Below, piece by piece: positions 25,345-38,967 of a stretch of 64,000 nucleotides of DNA. Each line of letters opens with the position of its first letter. Positions within the stretch are counted from its first letter, which is position 1. Below the pieces are notes generated by a model. The model did not search any database and was not told the DNA's origin. It worked only from the letters and a program-made list of their open reading frames with translations. The position numbers and the translations under genes were made by a program. The stretch is from Octopus bimaculoides (Eukaryota): contig NC_068998.1 of the NCBI RefSeq assembly GCF_001194135.2, positions 24,665,315 to 24,729,314 on the forward strand, written 5' to 3'.

Positions 25345-26567
25345 TACGATGGTCGGCTGAAAAGTTAATAGGCTAACAAAGATACTCTCATAGAATATGA
25401 CCAAATGAGGTTTATTTTTTAGCCTCCCCCCACACACATTCATCTTTGGGCTCCACACACCTCTTCCATCGGTGTTGCAGTGCTTGGATCTCATTGCTGC
25501 GGAAACATTCAACTTGTTGGTAAAAAAAAGTCATCAACAGCAGATATGAGGTCACCATTACTGCGATATTGGGTGAAGAGAAGATAGAGCCAAGTGATGA
25601 GAACAAGGACGGTGATCAACTAGTTCAAAACCACAATCACGCACAACAGCAGCCGTGGAAGCCAAACAACTGAGTGCTGGAGCCTTCACCTGATGAATCA
25701 AGGCTCCTTTCGTTAGTATTCTTCAGCGTTTGGACTTGATAACCTTTCGTAACTGCCTCAGCAAGTTGACGTAGTACTCTCTATTTGACCCATTTGAAGA
25801 CAATCAACGAACACAGTACATTTTGCATCCTAAAAGACCGAGACAATCACTCTCTCTGCAGATGAAATGACATTGGCCGTCTTTGAAGCAAATGAGGAGG
25901 GGTGTTTCCACTGTGTTTCTTGTCTCTGTGTCTCTGGCTCAAAACGATGAATTCAAAACTCATCCTGGGTTAGAAAACGATAAAGGAAATTAACAGATGG
26001 AACTGTCTCAAGCAGTGTCAGATTTTCTCGTGATGTCATTAGCCTGCCTTGCTTTTGATCAGGTGTCAGAAGACGAGGCACCCACTGAGCAGAAACCTTC
26101 GTCGTGCCAAGTTCATTGTGCAGAATATTCTCAACTCTTTCACGGAATATGTTAATTGCCTATCATCCATCACCATGTGGTGAATACGATTACTAGTTTT
26201 CACAGTGGTGCCAGTAGCAGGACGTCAAGACCTTGGGTTATTTTCAAGACTCAACGTTTCCTTCTCAAATGCAGCTGCCCACTTTTACATTGTTGATAAA
26301 GCTGGGGCGCCATCTCCTAATGTGACAATCATGCAGCATAAATGTCCTAGCGCTAAAAGACATTTTTCTGCAGGTACCTGATAACACCACGATGTCAAAT
26401 TTTGTCCAGTTTTCAAGAGAAGTCGATGACAGATACTTTTGAAGTTTTCTTTGAACACTCAGATATCGATTTAGCTGGAAAGAATCCAATTATTAATACG
26501 AAGAGTTGGAGCTCTAACGTCCCTGCTTCCTTCATAGTCCGCCTCTGAACTTTTCACCCTACCATCG
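25345..26567 (-). mobile_element. Near full-length decayed mariner element with both TIRs
   Basis: Left TA|CGATGGTCGGCTGAAAAGTTAATAGGC; right reverse complement CGATGGTAGGGTGAAAAGTTCAGAGGC. Minus-strand C-terminus ISAVDDFFYQQ...IQALQHRWKRCVE. Confidence 0.8.
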
Positions 26568-26589
26568 CAAGTATATACATATATATGTA

Positions 26590-26806
26590 TCTTTTTTTCT
26601 TCAATCATTTGACTGGGGCTATGCTGGAGCACCGCCTTTAGTCGAACAAATCAACCGCAGGACTTATTCTTTGTAAGTCTAGTACTTATTCTATCGGTCT
26701 CTTTTGCCGAACCACTAGGTTACGGAGACGTAAACACACCAACATCGGTTACCAAGCGATGGTAGAGGACAAACACAGAGATACAAATATATATATATAT
26801 ATATAN
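26590..26806 (-). mobile_element. SINE family B, 3' part (rest in gap)
   Basis: ATGCTGGAGCACCGCCTTTAGTCGAACAAATC...TACTTATTCTATCGGTCTCTTTTGCCGAACC...GTAAACACACCAACATCGG. Confidence 0.85.
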
Positions 26807-27503
26807 NNNNNNNNNNNNNNNNNNNNNNNNNNNNNNNNNNNNNNNNNNNNNNNNNNNNNNNNNNNNNNNNNNNNNNNNNNNNNNNNNNNNNNNNNNNNNN
26901 NNNNNNNNNNNNNNNNNNNNNNNNNNNNNNNNNNNNNNNNNNNNNNNNNNNNNNNNNNNNNNNNNNNNNNNNNNNNNNNNNNNNNNNNNNNNNNNNNNNN
27001 NNNNNNNNNNNNNNNNNNNNNNNNNNNNNNNNNNNNNNNNNNNNNNNNNNNNNNNNNNNNNNNNNNNNNNNNNNNNNNNNNNNNNNNNNNNNNNNNNNNN
27101 NNNNNNNNNNNNNNNNNNNNNNNNNNNNNNNNNNNNNNNNNNNNNNNNNNNNNNNNNNNNNNNNNNNNNNNNNNNNNNNNNNNNNNNNNNNNNNNNNNNN
27201 NNNNNNNNNNNNNNNNNNNNNNNNNNNNNNNNNNNNNNNNNNNNNNNNNNNNNNNNNNNNNNNNNNNNNNNNNNNNNNNNNNNNNNNNNNNNNNNNNNNN
27301 NNNNNNNNNNNNNNNNNNNNNNNNNNNNNNNNNNNNNNNNNNNNNNNNNNNNNNNNNNNNNNNNNNNNNNNNNNNNNNNNNNNNNNNNNNNNNNNNNNNN
27401 NNNNNNNNNNNNNNNNNNNNNNNNNNNNNNNNNNNNNNNNNNNNNNNNNNNNNNNNNNNNNNNNNNNNNNNNNNNNNNNNNNNNNNNNNNNNNNNNNNNN
27501 NNN

Positions 27504-27560
<57 letters not shown>

Positions 27561-28565
27561 TGTGTGTGTGTGTGTGTGCGTGTGTATACATATATAAATA
27601 TATCGTTGCTGTTATGCAAAAGTATCGTAAGTCTAAAACGTTGCTTTTTCAGAAAACATGAATGTATGTATGGACGTATGTATCTTTCATGGAATAATCT
27701 AGACATCCAATAATTAGTACTCGATGTTCCACTTGAATATATGCTGGTGTCAGTATGATAAATGAAAAATCGTTTAGTGTTGTGTGAAAATGTAGTTGCA
27801 ATCCAATTATTGAAACCATTCAAGTAATAGCGTTCTATACTGAAACATTTGCTTACAACTACAACTATTTATGTACAAGCCAAAACTAAGATAATCAAAA
27901 TCTGCCCGTTCCAAATGAGCTATGGGAGTTCATCGTATATTTAACGTACAGTTGATTAATAGATTGAATGTGCTAAACACACTACCTTTTAACCACCATT
28001 CTTAAATTTCCAATTTTGGTTCATTCTTTCTTGCCATACAGGTGGACAGTCATGAGGAATCATTAGAGACTCTGATAGAATGCTTTAATATATCTCTTCC
28101 ATCTCTTTGCGTCTTTAGCCCTGACCCCGCTGAAATCAACAAGCATTTCATCCTTCTAGGGTTGTTAAATAAAGAACTAGTCAAATACTTGGGCTGGTTT
28201 TCTCCGCCAGCCCTTCTCTTTCTCTCTTGGAATCTTTATGTTTTCTAAACATCAGATCGCTTCATCTGCTCATTTGAAATCCATACAGTTGAAATCCTAT
28301 GTAGTTGAAATTGCTTCAATCGTTTACTGTTTTAAATCATGGGACAGTGGTCATTCTAGAGCAACATCAGTGAGGTTATAATCAGCCGTATCGTCCTCAA
28401 AGCTTATAGTCTAGAATTTGATAACTTTTTAAAGCTGAAATAGGAATTAACTTGGACAGAATTTGAATCTTAGAACATGAATAATCAAAACCAAGTACAG
28501 CAATCAATTTGCCTGAACGCACTCTATAAAAAATCTGTTAGCATATGGGGAGTAATACCTTTCAG

Positions 28566-28763
28566 AATATTTGTTTCGAATTTTGGTACGAGGCCAGCAA
28601 TTTCGGGAGAAGAGTAAGTCGATTACATCGACCCCGGTGCTCAACTGGTACTTATTTTATAGACCCCCAAAAGGATGAATAACAAAATCGTACCAGGTGG
28701 AATTTGAACTAAAAAAGCTAAGCACTTCGCCCGGAGAGGTAACAATTCTGCCAGCTCACTACA
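28566..28763 (-). mobile_element. SINE family A; more degraded pieces nearby (about 28110-28200 +, 28930-29010 +, 30405-30503 -)
   Basis: GTCGATTACATCGACCCCGGTGCTCAACTGGTACTTATTTTAT...GGAATTTGAACT...CTGCCAGCTC. Confidence 0.8.
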
Positions 28764-29354
28764 TTAATACCTCTCAGAATATTAAACATTCATCATTTCC
28801 TTTGGGACGAATGGTTGTATAGGAGAATGGCCACTTTCAGGAACCAATAGCATACACACCAGTAGATTACTAGATACTATAAGTCTTCCTCAAGAATGTC
28901 TGGCTTTGTTCCGATGTTATATATTATTGTTGTTATTATCAGGGGTGATCAGTCAGCAGAATCCTTTTATCATTAGTCAAAATACCTTGCAGTATTTCTT
29001 CCGACTCCTTACGTTCTGAAGAATATGATAAAAAGTTAGTAACTGTGTGGCAATACTTTTTCTTTTTCTGTCATCATTTCACTCTCATAGGATATTGAAT
29101 CCTGATTCATTTTATCTACGTTTGAAATGAACGCAGAGAAAGTTTTTGGAAGAAGTCTTAGATGCTTTCTGAACAATTACTAACTGCAATAAACACTCAT
29201 TATTATTGGCTTGAAAGCCAGCTTTAGTCAAGTCTCACTGAACAGAGGATACATTATGTGTGTGGCGGTGGTGGTGCGTGTGTGTGTGTGTGTATATGTG
29301 TGTGTGTGAATATGTACGCGTGTATGTGCGCGTTTGTATATATACATATATACA

Positions 29355-29397
<43 letters not shown>

Positions 29398-31289
29398 GCG
29401 TGTGCGTTTGTGTGAGACAGATGTACTGAATTGATATAAATCGGTATATATAAAGAGATTGTGTGACTAATGTACTTTTTATGTTAATGTGTTTTCGACA
29501 TTATTTATTAGTATTTTTTTATCTTTAATAAATCTATTTTATTTATTACACTTGCCAACTACTGTGTGAACAGTTCTGATGATAACAGATATTCCTAGAA
29601 AGTTTACCATTGTATATTGATACAATATTATGAACTGACGTAACATCAATTGCTACATGGAAACTGACTTTAATGGGTAAAGTATCATGAAAGAAATCAA
29701 ATCAGACTTACCTGATTAGATCTGATTTTATTTCGTTACGGACATTAACACATATAATAATTCCATTTGCACAAATACAATACTTCTTTTGAAAATGTAG
29801 AATGCACAGGTAATTCGTCTGATTGCATTTTATTAATGATGCTTATTCTATTAGCATTACTGTGACGAAAAGTAAAATTAATCCTGGCATGGTTTGAACA
29901 CAAAATTGCAAATGATCGTACTTGGTATTGTAAAGTGTCTAATTCTTAGAATTTCCAACGAGAACTTGTAAGACATTTGTTTCAAGCTCTACTTAAGATG
30001 CTTTTATCCTATTAACGGACATGCTAGAACTAGCAGTCAAAGCTCCTTTAAATTAATTTTAATTGCCTCCAGAAAGATCAGAAAGATTAGAGAGAGCAGA
30101 CACACTGGACAATATAATCTAGACACATTAAGAAATATTGAATGTTCGTTTTATGCTTTAGGTCGAAAGAAAATGACTCATAGATATATCATGAGAACGA
30201 TTATTAAAGAGGAAAAATCAAGTAAATTTGCACAAACATTTATCCATTGTCTTGTCTGATTTTCGGCCTAATGCGTTGAATTGTACATATATGGAAATAT
30301 GTATTTTTATGAATAACCAGGTAGGGCAGCATCCTTTCTCCACTAGATCAGAATAGTTCACAGAATTTACATTGTCAGAAACAATTTAAATACAATCTTA
30401 CAACGAGTAAAGTTAAGCTCGGCGGAATTGAAATCATATCTAATATAACTAAACGCCGCCAGGAATTTTATCAATGACTAAAGTGACTCTGCCAAACCTC
30501 GCCAGTAAATTTATAAATGCTAGAAAAAGAATGAATGCTGCTGAGGACGGTCAATTACAGATGGTTGCCGGTTTGTGGTAAGGTTTATAAAACAATATAA
30601 AAAAGAGAGTGAATGTACGAATGATTTTTGGTAGTAATTTATTCGGAGATGCTATTGCTGGATAAAGTGTATTTAATTGAGCATTAAGCTATGTAAAGTA
30701 ATCATCGATATTTAATCGTGGGGAAAAATAACATATTAGCTAATGACTAATATTGTTCTCATATTTTTAGCATGTATTGTAGACAAATCTGAGCATGTTA
30801 TCGCTTAATATCACCTTATCAACGAAGCATAGCTTCTATAGTAAATGCTGAATCAGTGGTTCATTAAGTAAATTTATAAGTACATTTAAGACTAATTAAA
30901 TAAATTCATAAACTACATTTGTTTGAAAAGAAAAATAGCATTTCCTGTCATCAATATTGACCTAAAGTTTTCTTCAATTTGATTTATATTCATTATTATA
31001 AAGATATTATATCAAGATCATTATCACTTCGCTCTGCAAAACCGGCAAATATATTATAGAAATTTAAATCATAGAAGTTTCCTGAACATGTAAAACAAGC
31101 AGGACAATTTAACGATTAATATTCCAGAATCTAAACATACTATAGATTTCTACCCAGAAATAACATAACACGAAAGCGAATAAAAGAATTTTGTCGTTTA
31201 TACTACTTTATAAAGGTTATGACAAGATGGCATCGAACAAAGCTTCTGAGATCATAACTGAATAAATAGCATATGAATAAGATATCTTC

Positions 31290-31960
31290 TAAGAGCTTCA
31301 CTCCTGAACCATCAGAAAAGAATAACTGGCAGGGGATTAAAACCATCTAGTTAGGCATATCCTTTCATATTTCCGACACGACGAAATCTGAGTTTCCCAA
31401 CTTCCCCAAGTGATTTATTAGTACCTGCGATTCAATAGTTCTCCAGTCTTACAATGCCAGGAGAATCATACTTACACCATCAAACTAGGTGGCGTTCATC
31501 CGTCAGCACAACTCTTGTAAGATAATTATCCATGATGCAAATAAGCCTTTGAGCTACACATATATCGCAAGGTCTACTGATTTAACAAACTGTAGCCGAT
31601 CCTTCAGGTCCCTTGTAAAAAAGGTCTCCAACCCCACTGCCATGTCCTCATTTTCATTCTCTTCTAAACAATAGAGGATCTGTAAGTAGTATCCCGTTAA
31701 AGAAATTTGCCTTCACTGCCTGTTTTACATCTAACTCCACGCTAAACACTCTTGGTCAATACCCTCCAAATGCTCTTCTTCCAAATTAATTGCCTCTTTC
31801 TCGCCCTTACATATATCAAGTCTGGAAATACCTCCAGTTGCTTAATACAAACAAAGCTACCAACCAACTCTGATAATGTCCTTTCCATTACACTTAAGCA
31901 TTACGACCCAGAACGTAGCTCTCTCCTAACCAAACTCTAATTTATTACACTTTACATGAA
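31290..31960 (-). mobile_element. Possible C-terminal remnant of a Tx1/L1-like LINE ORF2
   Basis: Heavily decayed minus-strand peptide pieces (DSPGIVRL; LVGSFVCIKQLEVF; LIWKKSIWRVLTK) resemble Tx1-type ORF2 ends; recalled similarity only. Confidence 0.35.
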
Positions 31961-34714
31961 TATAACCCTAATACTTGAAAGTACGATCCAGCGTCTCCGA
32001 TTCCAAAGAAAGCCAACCCCCACCCCTACCCAACCAACTATCGCTCAAATGTAATAGAAGCAAAGACTAAACATGATGTTCCCCAAAGCATTGGTATTTT
32101 TTCCTCAGTATTTACAGTAAAGCTACTTCGAACCAATAGCTGCTGATCATACACCAGTGAGATCTCTCATTAGAGAGGTTCTGTGAATGCAATGTTACGG
32201 CTCTAAATCTCAGCAATCCTTCACCTATTTTTGGTATGCAAATATCTATTAAAACCTCCCTGCTATGGGCTATACCCGTCACTGTGTGCTTGACGCTCTA
32301 CCCTTTTGCATCACACCTGTAATGGTATCCGATCGTCTCATATACAAACAATCCACCTGTCATTGAAACTCTCGTAAATTTTTTTGCTTCCAACAACTAT
32401 CCGCTTCTCACTATTATGTCTTTTCTCCTGAGGACACTGAACTCCACCTGAAATATTCTCCCTGGTCATATTTTGCTTGCAGGTGATGGCTTGTAATGGT
32501 TGTAAAGGAAAATTAACTGCATCAACCTCATATATGCCAGTGGGCTTGTAAGGGTCATGCATGTTATCTCTTTCACCAGATTAAGCAAGTAAAAAATATG
32601 AGTGAGAGTCTACGATGTCACTCTTCAGTTAGAAATAGCAGCCACATTATCCTTAAAATAAACCAGGGTATATAGAAGATACTATGTCTTAATGTAAAAC
32701 AGGATAGTCATAAAGTGAATGCTTCGAGCATTGTTGATTCGCTTTTGCCAGAGGCAAAAACACTGCAACAACGTTGAACTAAGATTAGAAATATGAAAAG
32801 CTAAGGCAAAACTATTATTCTAAATATTAACATAAATAAGAACTCACATTTGTCTGTTACTGATTTAAGATGATACTTGTTTCAGACATAGTCGATAGAC
32901 AATATTTTATAAGATTGATTAGTATATAATCTACTTGACACCTATTAGGAAGCTTAGTGCTAGACGGTGTGATTGAAATTTGATGAAGATTTATTATTAG
33001 AGTATATTAGATGACAAACGTTCGGAAAAGAAGACACACCTTACAGCGAGTGAGGAATTAGTCATTCATAATTTACAACTAGTGCGTTTCACTGTTTGCA
33101 CAACTTGAAACATTAATTTTGTATATGTAGAAAGGTGTTCAAGTATAGTGTGGTAGTAATATACCTTCACAGGTTGCAGGCAGCTAAACTAGGGTGATAA
33201 GAAACAGTTATGTCTGAGGAAGATATCATTTCATGCCTCGTTTAGCTTGGGATGTCGTATTGCTCACACCATCCATTACAAAAATCGTGCGTTCAAAACA
33301 TCAGTTTGGTTCTAACGAATCACTGATTAGTTCCATAATTTAGATCCGTGACACACAATCTAATGCAAAATATACGTTAAAGCTGCAGGTGAAACAAACA
33401 TCTCTATGTTAATTGTACTGAAAGGAGTTCTTTGCTCATCGCGGGTGCTCGATACCCAATAAGAACACTTGCCCTCTGCTTTCTCTTTGTCCATCCAATC
33501 AACTCGGCTGTAAACTTACGAGCCAGCAAGAAATTTTTTATGCTGCTGGTTGACTTTCAAGAGACGGTAGCCAAGATTCTCCTCAAATGATTTTCTACCG
33601 TTCTAAAGTAGGTTGGATAATGTAGTAATAAATATCATGTGATAAAGTAATGAATTACAGGAAAGAGAACAGTTGAGTCTCAGCTTCAATGCCAATCAAA
33701 CTATTCGCCTTCGATAAAACTATTTTCCCAACGCATACAAAGCCTGTCGTATTTGACAGAAGCTACAAATATACCGAAGCAGGCCCTATGATGCGTGTAT
33801 AAGTTTATACTCACATACTCACAAGAACACTTTTAAACAACATCACTAATAAATACAAGTTAAATATACTCAACTTTAAAGAGAAAATTACCAAAAAAAC
33901 GATACTTCACAGACAAAAATAAACTTTGCAGACAATAAACAACATCAAACAATTTTAGATATCCATTGCCGTCATGGAATTATAGTATTTAATTTTTGCA
34001 TACGGTTTTTACGTACATATGATTCAGAAAATATTCTCATGACCACAACACTGACCATTCAGTGTTCCCAATTAGAATCTGATGAGACGATTGATACATT
34101 TTACAATAGGAGCAAGTTTGTAATACGAGAAAATCTTCCAATGTACAAATATTGGAAATTATATTTGTAAGCTAATAAAACATCGCTGCACTTCAACTGC
34201 CAAATTATAACCAGTATCACGAAATACCTTAACTAAATAAACGCACGCACTCAGATACATAAGCGCGTGAGTGATTAGATATAGATAGTTATTGGATAAA
34301 TATAACTTCAAGGTTGGTACATAAAGTTAAAATTTTACTTCTGTTAGAAACATGTCTTCAGAAAGTTTACTTGAGCATTATTTAGAGAAATTGTTTTCAA
34401 GTCTCAGAGTATTAATATGTACTTTTCTTAATAAACCGTGGTGTCGTAATGTAATTAGGGAAGCGGCGCTTGGTCTAAAACATTCTGATCCAGAGTTCAG
34501 AAGATAAAACTGACTATCTTAGAATGCTCAATGAGCTAGATCCCTTCGCCTTAGATTACAGAATCTTCCAATACCTTTAATATATAGTTTGTTTTGTTTT
34601 TTTTTCACTTCTATTGTCCTCTATTTTATACTATGCTGGATATTATCAATTTTAAGTCAATGCGTTGACGATCGTTCCTTTTCGTCAATAAAGAAGTCAT
34701 TTATTTCGAGTCCA

Positions 34715-35820
34715 TTATAAGCATACTCGTATAATGTGAGCATCTATCTTTCAGGCCCGTATAGAAGAACAGACTCCCTGTTGCCAGACACAACTTGACT
34801 TTCAATTTCCTTTGAACTCCGTACCTTTCTCAATTCATACCATGTGCCCCAGGCAAGAGTTTCCTTGCTACGATGTATTTTTCAGTACTTTATACCCACG
34901 CACCAAGGTATTTGAAATTTTCAACTAACTTGAGCGATTTACCCTCTCTCACTTTCACTAACACAGGCATTTCATGGTTGAATACTTGCAGCTGTGTTTC
35001 TTTGCGTTACAGTACAGTCCTACCTTCCCCCCGGTTCCTGCTCTAATCTACTCAGCACCTCCTGTGCCTGATCTGCACCTGATCTGTGCCTGAATTTTAG
35101 TAGTTTGCCTGCAAATTCAAGGATGATGTCTAAATCACATATTTTTATTACTTCTGGTGGGATGTTGTCATGACCAGTTTGTTTTGCTTCTTTCAGGTTA
35201 CTTGTAACCCTTTCTATTTCTTGTTTTGTGAAGTCTCCATTCTCGATTTGTAAATCGTCAAGTATCTTTGCTAATTCTTCATTTTCTGTTTCACTGTCAA
35301 CTTCTGGATCCTTCTCAAGTAAGATGTAGAAATGAGTATACCATTTCTTGATTCTCTCGTCCTTTGATTTCCTTTTGAGGATTCCCTGCGTTATAGCTTT
35401 GCGACCAGTTATGGAGTTAATCAAACTCCAGCTTTCTCCGTGCCTACTCTTTGCGTCTGTATTTCCGACCGGGGAGACATTTCATTCAGTCCCTCTTCAT
35501 GCATCTCTTGGTACACATGTTTTAGACCCTCTTTCTTTCTTTGTAAAGTTTGTTTAGTATCGTTGTTGGCAACTTTTTGATAGTTGCTGAATGCCTCTTG
35601 TACTTCACTGCGTGCTTTTTCTACCCTGGGATCATCAGTTAACTTTCTCCGTTTCATCCTCTTCTTTATCGGTATCAGTTTTGTTGCCGCTTCTTCATTT
35701 GATTGCACAAACTTGCAATATTTCACTATAACAATATCCTTGTTGTTCATGTCTCAGTGTTCCCAATTAAAATCTGATAAGACAAGTAAAAGATTTTACA
35801 ATCTGAGTGACTTTGTAATA
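34715..35820 (-). mobile_element. RTE-type LINE, inverted 5' segment (post-endonuclease linker, most of RT deleted, RT thumb)
   Basis: Reads FVQSNEEAATKLIP...INSITGRK...KQTGHDNIPPEVIK...IILEFAGKLL joined to QAQEVLSRLEQE...ENFKYLGAWV...ESVLLYG. Confidence 0.85.
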
Positions 35821-36075
35821 CGAGGTCACCAAAAGTAACACTGAAGATACAGCATAGAACGATGACGCTAGCTGGACAATGTATCAGGCACGGATGGAAT
35901 TGCTAACAAGATAGAGCTCTGACAACCAACGGAAGGAAGAACGAGGAAAGGAAGGAGGAAGACGACCTATATCGACAACTTGCTGGAGGATACTGGTATA
36001 GAAGGGGTATAGGAGTTGAGGACTATTATGGGGAAAACGTGTGGAAACAGTCTTGGGGCGTCCTGATGGATGACC

Positions 36076-36111
<36 letters not shown>
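35821..36111 (+). mobile_element. RTE-type LINE 3' end with (TAGA)n tail
   Basis: Reads PKVTLKIQHRTMTLAGQCIRH...TYIDNLLEDTGIEGV*ELRTIM; (TAGA)n at 36076-36111. Confidence 0.8.
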
Positions 36112-36112
<1 letters not shown>

Positions 36113-37199
36113 TGTTTCCAATATCATTCTTTGAAATTTTCTTCAATAATGCCGACGTAGATTTTAGTTTCAGTTTTTCCACTCTTATTAATGGAGTTGC
36201 TTCCAACTCATATATACCTGCTTTGATGTTGCAAATTTAGTTGTGTGAACGTGCTCATTCATTCTTCCATGGAAATGCGTTAAACCAGTGAAGGTGCTTG
36301 CTTCAATATTTAACCTGTTTTTAAATTTGGAGAGAAAGGCGGTAAATCACACTATTTTTAAATCAAAAGATGATCGTTGAGATATTTTTACAGATATTAG
36401 CTAAAGTACGAATATAATAGAGTGCTTCTGTAACAAAGTTCGCCCTGCTAATGGAGCGTTTGGATTTATACTATATCTCATTCTTATTTACTCAGATGAT
36501 AACGTTTATATAGCTTTTCTAGATTATTCATTCTAAATTAAACATGCACTTTTAGTATATACATTCTGTATGTAATTTATCATTAGCCTGTGTTTCTTAT
36601 GTATAAGTAATCGTCATCAACTTATAGTATTCATTGTTTCATTATGGGATGTATAGCCACAATATGTCTTATGTATCATCACCGTCATCATCATCATCAT
36701 CGTCATCCGGTTGAACGAATTACCCAAGCCAACAAGTCAATTTATGTTTCCCGTAGTTGAATATCTCACCTGCACATACCACGACTAAAGATGATAGCAA
36801 TAGTTCGTTCTCAGAACTGCTTGAACCTGGCTATTGACATTCTGTTGACTGTTCATACGCGCCCAACAACAAGTGCCATTTGCCATTGTCTGGATAACTT
36901 CATCAGCGGAAATAGTTCATGTCCTCCATGCTGTATCCTAGGACTCAGCGCATAGTTACCGCGCGCTGTTTATTCTCACATTCAACAGCTAACCTTTGTT
37001 CCCAAGCTAATTAATTTATAGCTGGGATTCTAACAATTGCAACTACTACGAATAAGAATAGATCTGGGAAGAATAGCGATATATTTGATAGGTGTAATTA
37101 ATCATTGAAAATTGCGTTTTATCGAAAGTATACGTATATATCTTGTTCCGTGGATTTCGTTGAAGTGTATATATTAGTTTCCATATTTAATACAATTAT

Positions 37200-37632
37200 G
37201 AGGGCAGTGAGCTGGTAGAATATTTTGTAGCGTTCGTTACCGCTCTAAACCAATGTCACCTTTAACTTCTGCCATTGTCTCCTTTACCTTTCATCAGCTG
37301 CAGATCGGTGAAACAAAGAACCAGTCAAGTAAAACATTCGAGGAAATCGACGAAATCTCTCCTCAAAATTTGCTGGCTTTTTGCCAGAATCATAAACAAT
37401 TATTGATATTATCATACAGTCTAAGACGTTGAGCTGGTAGAATCGTTAGCATGCCGGGCAAAATGCTTAGCGGCGTTTCTTCCGTCTCTACTTTGTGAGT
37501 TAAAATTTCGCCGAGTTCACCCTTGTCTTTCATCCTCTCGGGATCGCTGAAATAAGTACCAATGTCGATGTAATCGATTTACATCCTCCCCCAAAATTAT
37601 TGGCCTTGTGCCAAAATTTAAAAGCAATATTA
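37200..37632 (+). mobile_element. Two tandem SINE family A copies (37200-37395 degraded; 37425-37632)
   Basis: Both begin GAGCTGGTAGAAT and end with a GGC(C/T)TTxTGCCA(A/G)AAT-like segment. Confidence 0.8.
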
Positions 37633-38565
37633 TTTTACAATCTGGTTTGCAGTAATTTTCACTCTCAATCTTGTAAATCGATTAACGTATATAAATACAC
37701 TACCCAATATTAAGCTTACTTTAATTTAGTCAGTGAATTCTTGCAGGATCTCGTTAGGGTATACAAGACTCCTACAGAATACAATTCCCTCAGAAATGTA
37801 GTTATTACTAAACTGGATGATTGGCCTTACATAAAGTATAGTGTACTTTGATGTATTAGATTTACATTGTCTGTTGATCATTGCCAAACTGGATTTTATT
37901 TTTTAAAATAAGGTAGTGCTTTTAAGAATGTTACTACATAAATATGAGCAAACATTTACATTTATGAATTGGAAACTCTTCTCCGCTGAAATTAATATTA
38001 TTCTCATTGCTATAGCACACAATAATATCGGAGCAAAGCACCACCAATTCACAGACACAAATCTTTGGAATAGGCCTAAAGGACATGTGACGTGAAATGT
38101 TGTAAACAAGCTCAAATAAACTCGATTACAATCAAATCAAAATATAAACATAGTAAATATATATTATGCTGAAATACACATAAATTTCTAAAAAGTCTGT
38201 GCACAAATATAAAAATATTTATATATATATACTTACGTACATGCCTATCTACAGTTGTGTGTGCGTGTGTGTATGTACATGTAAACAGACAAATGTGTAC
38301 GTATGAATATACGCGTGAGTATGCATGTGCATATATATGTCCATAGCTGCAGCAATAAAAAGTAAGTCATGATATGTATACTAAGTTGTAAATACATAAT
38401 ATTCGAATCTATTTCCTTTATGGATAAAATTTCTAGCGAAATGCGAATAAACAAACATGGCTTATAGCTATGCTTGAAATTCAGCTTATAAATTCTCCTG
38501 ACACCGCAGCAGACAATCAGATCTAAATTGAATTCATCAATGCGTTCTATAAAGAAATAAAAGGG

Positions 38566-38666
<101 letters not shown>

Positions 38667-38967
38667 CATCTACTTTTGTAGTTTCCCTAGATTAAAACAC
38701 CTAGAAAAATAAATTATAGCGAAGCATAAATGTTTTCTAAACATTTCGCTCATATTTAAAAAGCAGAGGAAACCTTCTTTTGCTAGATATGCAAGAATAT
38801 AAATTCAAATCTAAGCAGATTATATACACACCAAACAATTGAATAATAAACTGTGTAGTAGACTATATAAGCTGAATATTCACAGAATTTTATTGTCTTC
38901 CATTTTCTGTAATCGTCAAAATGAATGTCTACTTCTCTACATAGTTACACACGCGCATGTTCACGCA

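Noticed and set aside
36690-36960. Minus-strand segment bounded by CAG and GTGAG, near an (ATC)n run
   Set aside because: Stops in all three frames; it may be an old LINE 3' end but I cannot support that.
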